15,972 nucleotides of DNA from Candidatus Micrarchaeaceae archaeon (GTDB lineage Archaea > Micrarchaeota > Micrarchaeia > Micrarchaeales > CABMGC01): NCBI GenBank assembly GCA_038878295.1, contig JAVZVY010000018.1:1-15972 (forward strand). The letters are read 5' to 3'. Below are positions 1 through 8,159 of the stretch, piece by piece (the stretch's first letter is position 1; each line of letters starts with the position of its first letter). Made by a program: the position numbers and the translations under genes. The notes under the pieces are model-generated. The model saw nothing but the letters and a program-made list of their open reading frames with translations, made no database searches and was not told the DNA's origin.

Positions 1-750
1 GGCGTCCTGCTGATGTTAATTTTTCTTTTTGCGTTTAAAATAAATCCGGTTATTGCTGGCGGGCTTAGCCTTTTGACTATAATAGCCAGCAATGCAGCGG
101 GCTCAGCCATTAATGTAAGATATGGCGCCATAGACAAGCACATATTTTATGCGATTAGCATCCCTGCTAGCTTAGGCGCTACTGCAGGCGCGATAACGAG
201 TTACTTCATTGCTCCTGGCACGTTCAACGTATTTTTCGGCATAGCGGTATTCTGTATAGGCTTGTTCTCCTTTTCATCTTCGCGCATTGAAATAGCCAAA
301 GGCAAGGGCAAGGCTTACATAAGGGAGAGTTTTATCGATTATAAGAGAGAACATTCCAAGAACGAGATTGGATCCAGACTTGGCTTAGGGTTTGCCGCGC
401 TTGTTGCCGGAGTGCTTTCAGGTCTTTTCGGAATAGGCATAGGCAGCATAACTGGCACGTTTCTTACAAGCGTAAAGCATGTACACCCAAAGGTTGCGTT
501 TTCGAGTGTTGTTGCCGCAATGATAATAACATCCTTAATAGGTGCTGCAGTGCACTTCGCAAAGCCAGGCACTGATTATTTTAATGCCTTGATTCTGTCT
601 TTGCCTCTAATTGCTGGAGGCGCTCTGGGCGGCTTTTCTGGTGCGGCCCTTTCCGAAAGGATGAGCTTTGCAAGGCTCAGGCTTTTTCAAGGCTACATAG
701 TCATGCTATTCGGCATATTGGCTGTGCTGATGGGCTTGCTGGGCGCTTGA
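1..750 (+). CDS. Sulfite exporter TauE/SafE (TSUP) family membrane protein, 5'-truncated by the window edge
   Basis: Multiple hydrophobic segments and the internal repeat motif AGVLSGLFGIGIGS typical of TauE/SafE. The frame is open from base 1 (GGC GTC CTG CTG ATG = G-V-L-L-M, like the end of the first GxGGG motif), so the true start probably lies upstream of the window. Confidence 0.8.
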   Translation, partial: GVLLMLIFLFAFKINPVIAGGLSLLTIIASNAAGSAINVRYGAIDKHIFYAISIPASLGATAGAITSYFIAPGTFNVFFGIAVFCIGLFSFSSSRIEIAKGKGKAYIRESFIDYKREHSKNEIGSRLGLGFAALVAGVLSGLFGIGIGSITGTFLTSVKHVHPKVAFSSVVAAMIITSLIGAAVHFAKPGTDYFNALILSLPLIAGGALGGFSGAALSERMSFARLRLFQGYIVMLFGILAVLMGLLGA

Positions 751-770
751 TTCCTTCGCTTGGATTACGC

Positions 771-778
771 TTATATAT
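771..778 (+). promoter_or_regulatory. Putative TATA box for the wHTH / surface protein / lhr operon
   Basis: TTATATAT starting 37 nt before ATG 808, in the short gap after the TauE stop codon. Confidence 0.5.
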
Positions 779-807
779 GTTTTTGCTTTCAATATTGCTT
801 TGTTTCT

Positions 808-1272
808 ATGGAGCTCAACGAGGCTAGCTTGATAGAAAGAGAGATAGTCATAAGGAGGATGCAGCTCACTGGCGACGTGCTCGAAACCAGGCGCTCTATT
901 GCGCGATGGCTTGCGTTAGCGCTTGGTATAATAAACCCTGGCGAGTCGAGGCTGAGCGCTGTTGCGGTGCTTGACGCGCTTGTTGACTTCCAGTTTATCA
1001 GAAATATTGATCCGACTGCCAAGGACCTTATGGATTATATAGGGAAGAACTGGGAATCAATTAACGAAAAGACGTTAAGATACCACCTGCTGAGGATGAA
1101 GAATATGGGCATTGTCGAAAACAAGGAGGGCAAATTCTTCTTTAGGCCGCCAGCTGTGGGCAACAGGTACGATGCAGTCGCATGGGCCGAGCAGCTCTTC
1201 CGCCCAGAGCTTGATGACGTATCAAAAAAAATAGGCGAGGCTATAAAAGCTATCAAAAGCAAAAGCGTGTGA
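808..1272 (+). CDS. Uncharacterised winged helix-turn-helix protein (about 154 aa)
   Basis: wHTH-like segment TAKDLMDYIGKNWESINEKTLRYHLLRMKNMGIVENKEGKFFF. ATG 808 is preferred over the TTG at 760 because the extra codons run across the TATA box. Confidence 0.65.
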   Translation: MELNEASLIEREIVIRRMQLTGDVLETRRSIARWLALALGIINPGESRLSAVAVLDALVDFQFIRNIDPTAKDLMDYIGKNWESINEKTLRYHLLRMKNMGIVENKEGKFFFRPPAVGNRYDAVAWAEQLFRPELDDVSKKIGEAIKAIKSKSV

Positions 1273-2933
1273 CCATGAAAAGGGAAGTTTACTTGTGGAT
1301 TCTGTTCTTCGCACTGCTTGCGGCAGCCGTTATTTACTTCAGATACTACTACCAGCCAGAGATAAGCATGTCTGTGAAGTTCTTGCAGCCTAGTTACAGC
1401 GTTTATCCTTACCAGCGGGTTTCGATGCCTATAAACGTGAGCAATATAGGAAGCAGCCCAATAAAGAACATGAGCATTGAGATACTGGTGAACAGCAACA
1501 TAACGAGCATCTACAAAGTAACGCTTCCGCCTCACAAGTTCGCCATCATCTACTATAATACCACTTTTCCGAGTTACGGCGCATACAACATTACCGCGAT
1601 AGCTGACGCAGGGAAGGTCTACAAAATATCTGACAGGGCCGAAGCGCAAAGCGCAGCTGCTGTGGACGTGATTGCGCCAGAGGCTCTTGAGCCATATACC
1701 GCTTTGCCTCAGGGAAATTTCACAAGCATCGCAGTGCTCAACACAAGCTCCACGGGCTTGCTTCTCCTGGGCTACCTGCACAGCAACTTCGGCGTAGACG
1801 CGCTTGGCTACGGTTCCATAGCTGATTATGGTTTCTTCACGAACCTGTTCAACCTGACAAGTTCCTACATAAAGAACGTTTCTATAGCGCGAGGCAGCTA
1901 TGCGAATGGAAGCACGGCTACAGCAATATGGCTGAGCGGCTATCTAAGTCCAAGCATAATAGGCGTTGCAGCCCAGAGCGCAGGAATAAACGCCACAAGC
2001 GCGACTGTCAATGGCCAGAATGCGACATATGTGAAGCTACAGAATGGAACGAGCCTTTGCAGCTGGTATTCCGGCGGCCTGCTTAAGATTCTCATAACCG
2101 AACCATTCAGTTGCCTTGGCTACGTTGGCGTTAACAATACAGCTAACGAATTCGGCGCCGAGCGTGCCACCGCAAACTTCTACGCTTCGAAACTGATGGG
2201 CGAGTTTAACAATGCGCTATTCTCGAAACTTGCGGCATACGTTTCGCTGCGCAACAACAGCTTTAAGGTTGGCGCTTTTGAGCTCAACAGCAGTGCATTT
2301 TACGTGCCAGTGTTGAGCACCTATTCAGGTAATTCAAAAACGCTGAGCTGCCTTGGCCTGATAAACAGCATAAACGGCACCCACTATTGCAGCACAGACA
2401 TATTGCCCAAAAACGGCACCATCGGGAGCATATCCCTCGTAAGAACGATGATGCTTGGCGGCGGAATTAACTCTACAGTGTTCATGCTTGCTAACACCTC
2501 AAAAATCATATTGTTCGTGCCGCGCGTAGTCGAGATGATAAACGACTTTGGAGTAACCAACAGCTCTGTCGCTTTCGTGTCGGCAATAGGGTCTTCGTGC
2601 AGCATTGGCAACGGCTTTGGATGCAGCGCTCCGAACTTCCTGAATGGAAGCATCAGCTTCAGCATCAAGAACACGCCAAATGCAACCAGGATAACGAGCC
2701 TTGGATGTTACATGTACATCCCTGGTGCGCTAACAACGGCAAACATCACTCTTGGTCCAAATGCCACTGCAAATCTTACGGCTAAATGCTACAACGGGGG
2801 CGCTTTAGTTAATGGCATACCCTTGAATCTTGATTTGAACCTGATTATGAATTATACGCAGGACAATGTGACGCACACTGCATTTGGCAAAGCTTACATA
2901 AATGCGGTTATAAATGCTACTAACAGTGGTTGA
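1269..2933 (+). CDS. Membrane-anchored or secreted surface glycoprotein with an N-terminal CARDB/Ig-like domain (start GTG 1269 or ATG 1275)
   Basis: Basic N-terminus followed by one hydrophobic helix; INVSNIGSSPIKNMSIEILVN...YGAYNITAIAD resembles a CARDB/Ig fold; about 29 N-X-S/T sequons counted by hand; 8 Cys. GTGA overlap with the upstream stop codon. Confidence 0.65.
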   Translation: MTMKREVYLWILFFALLAAAVIYFRYYYQPEISMSVKFLQPSYSVYPYQRVSMPINVSNIGSSPIKNMSIEILVNSNITSIYKVTLPPHKFAIIYYNTTFPSYGAYNITAIADAGKVYKISDRAEAQSAAAVDVIAPEALEPYTALPQGNFTSIAVLNTSSTGLLLLGYLHSNFGVDALGYGSIADYGFFTNLFNLTSSYIKNVSIARGSYANGSTATAIWLSGYLSPSIIGVAAQSAGINATSATVNGQNATYVKLQNGTSLCSWYSGGLLKILITEPFSCLGYVGVNNTANEFGAERATANFYASKLMGEFNNALFSKLAAYVSLRNNSFKVGAFELNSSAFYVPVLSTYSGNSKTLSCLGLINSINGTHYCSTDILPKNGTIGSISLVRTMMLGGGINSTVFMLANTSKIILFVPRVVEMINDFGVTNSSVAFVSAIGSSCSIGNGFGCSAPNFLNGSISFSIKNTPNATRITSLGCYMYIPGALTTANITLGPNATANLTAKCYNGGALVNGIPLNLDLNLIMNYTQDNVTHTAFGKAYINAVINATNSG

Positions 2934-5709
2934 TTTGCCTGATGCATATGAGTTGTTTCTCGAATATTTTCATGATTTCACAAACGTCCAGAAGCTCGCG
3001 TTTCCAGTAATAGAATCAGGCAAGAGCTGCCTCATAATTTCTCCGACAGGCACAGGCAAAACAGAAGCCGCGTTTTTGCCGCTCCTGAAAAAGATATCTC
3101 AAAACAAAAGCGATGGGATAGCCCTTGTTTACATAACGCCGTTGCGTGCTTTGAACAGGGATCTTTTTAGGAGGCTTGAAGAAATATGCACAAAGCTTGG
3201 AGTGCGCATAGGCATAAGGCATGGTGACACATCAAGGAAAGAAAGAGTTGAGCAGGTTAGGAACCCGCCAGATATTGTAATCACGACGCCAGAAACCCTG
3301 CAGAACATGCTTGTGACCAAAAGCTTCAAAACCGCTCTCGCTGGCGTTAGATTCGTGATTGTTGACGAGTTGCACGAGCTTTATTTTAACAAGAGGGGCG
3401 CACAGCTTTCAGTGGCTCTTGAGAGGCTTGTAGAAATAGCCGGGGAGTTTCAAAGGATCGGGATAAGTGCTACAGTAGCCGAGCCCAAGAAGGTTGCACA
3501 TTTTCTTTCTGGAGGCAGACAGATCGAGATAGTCAGCGCCGAAGATGAAAAGCCAATTGAAATAGAGGTTGAAGCTCCAGAAAAGCCCGCAAAGTCATAT
3601 CCAGAGTTCGCAAAGCTGTTTGACCTCGATTCTGAGGCGCTTGCAAGGATTGAAAGAATAGCGACGCTGATACGCGAATCTAATGCAGTGCTTGTCTTTG
3701 CAAACACCAGGTATATGGCTGAATCGCTGGGAAGCAAGCTCACGTATCTGAACGGCATCGAGGGATTCGGAGGCTTGGGCGTGCACCACAGCTCCATAAA
3801 TAGGGACGAGAGGATTCGCATAGAGGAAGCGTTCAGGCGCGGAAGCATAAAAGGGCTTATCGCTACGAGCTCGCTCGAGCTTGGCATAGACATAGGTAGG
3901 GTCGACCTTGTGGTGCAATACGGCTCGCCAAGGCAGGTAATCAGGCTTGTGCAAAGAGTTGGAAGGAGCGGCCACGCGCTCGGCAGGATTTCCAGAGGCA
4001 AGATTATAGTGGCGAGCGCGATAGAGGCGGCAGAAGCAGCTGCCATAGCCGAGCTGGCGATGGAGAAAGCTCTTGAAAAGAATGATATAGAAAGAAACGC
4101 GATGGACGTATTGGCTAACCAGGTTTGCGGCATTGCGCTCGAATACGGAAGCATTGATGTGCACAAATTGTATAGCATTTTTAAGCGCGCTGCGCCGTAT
4201 TCGAATCTCAAATTTGACGAAATGATTAAGACGCTAAGCTTCATGGCTGGCGAAAAGCTCGTGAATTTCGATGGATGGGAAGTACGCGCAGGAAGCAGAA
4301 CGCGCAAGTATTTTGTAGACAACATAAGCGTGCTTCCAGATATATCAAGATTCCTTGTTAAGAACGTTGCCGGAAATTCTATAATATCTAGTCTCGACGA
4401 AAAATTCGTTTCGAGCTACATCGACGAAGGCAGCGTCTTCATAACAAAAGGACTTCCATGGAAGGTTGTCAGCATTGACGAAGGGGTTGTGTATGTTGAA
4501 CCGAGCGCGAGCTTCGAAGCCGCGATACCAGATTGGGAAGGCGAAGATATACCTGTTTCTTACGATGTCGCAATAAGGACATTTGAAATTTTGGGGAGAG
4601 TCTCTAAAGAAAGCGCGGAATACGGAAAAGTCTTGGACGCTAACGCGCTTGATAAGATAAAAAGTTTGGCAGAATCGCAGAGCAAGCTTATGCGCTTTGA
4701 TGCAGGCAATATAACCATAGAGGAAACCGCAGATTATGCGCTAGTTTATGCACCTTTGGGTAAACTTGCGAACGATTTTCTCGCAAAGCTCCTCGGCGGC
4801 TTTATGATGTCACTTTCCAACGGCATACTCATAAAATCAACGCCATATGGAGTTATAGTAGATTACAGTTCCTCGCTCAGGAAGCCGGATGTGAAGAAGG
4901 CGTTGGAAATGCTCCTTGCATACAAAACGGGCGATGCGGAAAATGTCGCGATAGTAATGAACTCAGAGGCGTTCAGATACAAGTTTACGCAAGTGGCCAA
5001 GCTCTTCGGCATAATTGAGAAAAAAGCGGTGCTAAGCAAGGGCGTTGTGGAAAGACTCATAAGGCTGTATAAAGACACGCCGCTTGTGGAAGAAGCAGTG
5101 AGAGATATAATGAAAAATTATTTCGATGCTGAGCGAGTCGAGGACCTGATCGGAAGGCTGCGCAGTAGGGGCATGCAAGTAGACATATTCAGAAGCACGG
5201 GGTCGGCGCTTGCTAGGGAGCTGATAGGCTCGGCCTACCACTATAGGGAGCTCGTGATGCCGCTTATGCCAAGCGATGAAGAAATAAAGCAATTTGAAGA
5301 GGCGGTAAGCGAAAAGACAGTAGAGCTCGTGTGCACATACTGCGGTTTCGTTTTTAGCGTAAAATTGTCCGAGCTCGGCTATGACGAAAAAGTTCGCTGC
5401 CCATCATGCGGAAGCCCGATGGTGACTGTAATGGAAGACAAATATGCTGATTTTATAGGCAGGATTGCGAAAGGCAAGAAGCTTGACGCCAAGGATAGAA
5501 AGATGTATGAGGAAATGCAGAAAGGCGCAAGCCTTGTTGATGCATACGGAAAACGAGCGCTGATGGCGCTTGCCACATATGGCATAGGCCTTGCTACGGC
5601 CGCGCGCATTCTTAAGATGGTTAGGAAGGACCACAGGCTCTTCATACTGGACCTCATAAACGCTAAGAAGGAATTCATAAGGAACAGGAAATTCTGGAGC
5701 GAAGGATAG
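2914..5709 (+). CDS. lhr: Lhr-family SF2 ATP-dependent helicase with a C-terminal Cys4 zinc-finger (aLhr1-like)
   Basis: Walker A SPTGTGKTEAA, Ia YITPLRALNRD, Ib ITTPETL, II VDELH, III ISAT, HHSSI, ATSSLELGIDIG, VI QRVGRSGH, Lhr-specific IPDWEGE, C-terminal CTYC...CPSC. The exact start is uncertain because it overlaps the upstream gene. Confidence 0.92.
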   Translation: MLLTVVDLPDAYELFLEYFHDFTNVQKLAFPVIESGKSCLIISPTGTGKTEAAFLPLLKKISQNKSDGIALVYITPLRALNRDLFRRLEEICTKLGVRIGIRHGDTSRKERVEQVRNPPDIVITTPETLQNMLVTKSFKTALAGVRFVIVDELHELYFNKRGAQLSVALERLVEIAGEFQRIGISATVAEPKKVAHFLSGGRQIEIVSAEDEKPIEIEVEAPEKPAKSYPEFAKLFDLDSEALARIERIATLIRESNAVLVFANTRYMAESLGSKLTYLNGIEGFGGLGVHHSSINRDERIRIEEAFRRGSIKGLIATSSLELGIDIGRVDLVVQYGSPRQVIRLVQRVGRSGHALGRISRGKIIVASAIEAAEAAAIAELAMEKALEKNDIERNAMDVLANQVCGIALEYGSIDVHKLYSIFKRAAPYSNLKFDEMIKTLSFMAGEKLVNFDGWEVRAGSRTRKYFVDNISVLPDISRFLVKNVAGNSIISSLDEKFVSSYIDEGSVFITKGLPWKVVSIDEGVVYVEPSASFEAAIPDWEGEDIPVSYDVAIRTFEILGRVSKESAEYGKVLDANALDKIKSLAESQSKLMRFDAGNITIEETADYALVYAPLGKLANDFLAKLLGGFMMSLSNGILIKSTPYGVIVDYSSSLRKPDVKKALEMLLAYKTGDAENVAIVMNSEAFRYKFTQVAKLFGIIEKKAVLSKGVVERLIRLYKDTPLVEEAVRDIMKNYFDAERVEDLIGRLRSRGMQVDIFRSTGSALARELIGSAYHYRELVMPLMPSDEEIKQFEEAVSEKTVELVCTYCGFVFSVKLSELGYDEKVRCPSCGSPMVTVMEDKYADFIGRIAKGKKLDAKDRKMYEEMQKGASLVDAYGKRALMALATYGIGLATAARILKMVRKDHRLFILDLINAKKEFIRNRKFWSEG

Positions 5710-5711
5710 CA

Positions 5712-8141
5712 TTATGCTTGCTGCGGCTTTGCGCTTTCTGCTGGCACAACGAAAGCGTCAACGACCTTCGCGCCGCCATCAAGGCGCATGAGCCTGACTC
5801 CGCTTGCGGCGCGGCCCGTTATTCTTATAGAAGAAGCTGGGAAGTTTATTGCCATGCCTTCCGAATTTATCATGATTATCCCTTCCTCCGCACTGGCTTT
5901 AATCGCTTTTACGACCTTGCCCGTTTTTTCGTTTACCTTTATGTTTATTACCCCGTGACCGCCCCGGCCCTGCAGCCTGTATCTGCTTATTTCAGTAAGC
6001 TTGCCGTAGCCGTTTTCTGTTATGGTAAGCAGGTAACCGCTTTCCTGGGTAACTATCGCGCTTTTCGCCACGTCGTTTGCGAGGCGTATGCCGCGCACGC
6101 CCATCGAAGCTCTTCCGGTAGGCCTTATTGAATTTTCGTCAAACCTTATCGCCTTTCCGTTCTCGGTTGCGATGAGCACTGAATACTTGCCTTCTTTTGG
6201 ATATATGAGCATGTCCACAAGGGCGTCGCCGCCACCGAGCTTTATGGCCTTTACCCCTACAGACCTAGGCTTCGAGAAGAGGTCTCCATTTGTAACTTTC
6301 ACAAGGCCTTTCTTTGTAAGGAAGAGAAGCTTCGAGTTGTGGAAGTCCTTGACTGCTGAGAGCTTGACTATGGTTTCGCCCTCTTTCAGATTGAGAAGGT
6401 TTACTATGGCGCTGCCTTTTGAATACCTATTCGCTTCGGGGATTCTGTAAACTTTGAGCCAATAGGCGTTGCCCGCGTTTGAAATGCAGAGGAGAGTTTC
6501 CTTAGTGCTGCACACCAGTATCTGATTTGCAAGGTCCTCTTCCTTTAGGTCTGTAGCTATTACGCCCTTCCCGCCTCTGGACTGCTCTCTGAAATTCTTT
6601 GGATCTGTTCTCTTTATGTAGCCCTCGCGCGTAAATATAACTGCCGTCTCAACGTCCGGTATGAAGTCCTCATCTGTAAGCTCCTCGGTTGAATCAGAGA
6701 GCTCTATTTCTGTGCGCCTAGGCCTGCCGTATTTCGCCTTTATCTCTGCTGTCTCCTTCTTTATCACTTCATCTATCTTTGCTGGGTCCTGGAGCAGCGA
6801 ATTATAGTATGACATCCTCTCGGCCAAATCAGCCTGCTCTTTTTCTAGTGATTCGGCTTCCATAGTGGTAAGCCTGCTTAGCTTTATGTCGAGTATAGCA
6901 TTGGCCTGCTTTTCGGTGATTCCGTACCTAGCAATCAGCGATGACCTGGCTGATTGGGCGTCTCTGCTCTCCTTGATGATTTTTATCACTTCTTCTATGT
7001 TCCTCAGAGCGGTTAGCAAACCTTTTATTATGTGGTCTCTCTCTTTTGCTTGGGCAAGATCAAATTCGGTCCTTTTCTTTATTATGCTTCTCCTGTAGTC
7101 TATGAAGGTTGAAAGCATAGACAGTATGTTGAAATTCTTGAGGACATTGTCAACAACCGCGAGGTTTATTATCGGCAACGTTACCTTCATTTTTGTGTGG
7201 GCGTACAAAGCGTTCAAAACGCTTTTTGGATTTGCGTCCTTTCTTAGGTCTATTGCTACCCTTATGCCAGACTTGTCGCTCTCATCCCTGATGTTTGCTA
7301 TTCCGGTGATTATTTTGCCTTTAGCGAGGTCTGCTATTTCAGATATTATCTCTGCTTTGCTCGTGTTATAAGGTATTTCGCTCACAATAATTGTATTTTC
7401 CTTTTCGTTTATATCGGCCTTTGCTTTGACGGTTATGCGGCCGTTGCCGAACTTGTAGCCGAGAATTGCCGACTGCGACATCACGGCTATGCCCCCTGTA
7501 GGAAAATCGGGTCCTTTTATAATCTTCAGGATGTCATCTGCAGTAGCATCCTGATTTTCAATCTTATATATTACAGCATCACATACTTCGGAAAGATTGT
7601 GCGGGGGTATGCTTGTTGCTACACCAACTGCGATGCCTGACGCGCCGTTTATCAGAAGATTTGGCGCCTTTGCTGGCAATAGCCTTGGCTCAGTCTCTGT
7701 GTTGTCGAAGTTGGGGACGAACTCAACAACATTCTTTTCTATGTCATCGAGCAGTTCTTCTGCAAATTTGGTCAATCTTACTTCTGTATAACGCATTGCA
7801 GCTGGCGGATCGTCATCTATAGAGCCCATATTCCCTTGGCCTTCGACCAAAGGGTGGTTTATTGAAAAGTCCTGCGCCATTCTGACTAAAGATGCATACA
7901 CGGCTGCGTCACCGTGCGGATGATATTTTCCTAAAATTTCTCCTACAACCCTCGCGCTCTTTTTTGTTGGAAGGTTGTGAAGGTTATTAAGTTTGTACAT
8001 GCCGTAGAGTATTCTTCTTTGCACGGGCTTCAGGCCGTCCCTTGCATCTGGTATCGCCCTACCTATTATGACGCTCATCGCGTAGTCTATGTAGCTCGAC
8101 TGCATTTCGTCTTCGATTCGAACAACGCTTATCTTTGACAC
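5712..8141 (-). CDS. gyrA: DNA gyrase subunit A
   Basis: YAMSVIIGRAIPDARDGLKPVQRR, GKYHPHGD, catalytic AAMRYTE, GIAVGVATSIPPHNL; GyrA box QSRGGKG (6564-6584) and beta-pinwheel C-terminal repeats, which identify gyrase rather than ParC. GTG start preceded by GGTGA. Confidence 0.97.
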   Translation of the reverse strand: MSKISVVRIEDEMQSSYIDYAMSVIIGRAIPDARDGLKPVQRRILYGMYKLNNLHNLPTKKSARVVGEILGKYHPHGDAAVYASLVRMAQDFSINHPLVEGQGNMGSIDDDPPAAMRYTEVRLTKFAEELLDDIEKNVVEFVPNFDNTETEPRLLPAKAPNLLINGASGIAVGVATSIPPHNLSEVCDAVIYKIENQDATADDILKIIKGPDFPTGGIAVMSQSAILGYKFGNGRITVKAKADINEKENTIIVSEIPYNTSKAEIISEIADLAKGKIITGIANIRDESDKSGIRVAIDLRKDANPKSVLNALYAHTKMKVTLPIINLAVVDNVLKNFNILSMLSTFIDYRRSIIKKRTEFDLAQAKERDHIIKGLLTALRNIEEVIKIIKESRDAQSARSSLIARYGITEKQANAILDIKLSRLTTMEAESLEKEQADLAERMSYYNSLLQDPAKIDEVIKKETAEIKAKYGRPRRTEIELSDSTEELTDEDFIPDVETAVIFTREGYIKRTDPKNFREQSRGGKGVIATDLKEEDLANQILVCSTKETLLCISNAGNAYWLKVYRIPEANRYSKGSAIVNLLNLKEGETIVKLSAVKDFHNSKLLFLTKKGLVKVTNGDLFSKPRSVGVKAIKLGGGDALVDMLIYPKEGKYSVLIATENGKAIRFDENSIRPTGRASMGVRGIRLANDVAKSAIVTQESGYLLTITENGYGKLTEISRYRLQGRGGHGVINIKVNEKTGKVVKAIKASAEEGIIMINSEGMAINFPASSIRITGRAASGVRLMRLDGGAKVVDAFVVPAESAKPQQA

Positions 8142-8159
8142 CTTTTCACCGCGGTTAGC

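Noticed and set aside
760..807. N-terminal extension of the wHTH ORF from TTG 760
   Set aside because: It overlaps the TATA box and has implausible composition; ATG 808 is the better start.
1035..1781. 248-aa minus-strand ORF
   Set aside because: Antisense shadow of two plausible plus-strand genes; no recognisable motifs.
3450..4325. 291-aa and 189-aa minus-strand ORFs inside lhr
   Set aside because: Antisense shadows of a well-conserved gene, with Ser-rich non-protein-like composition.
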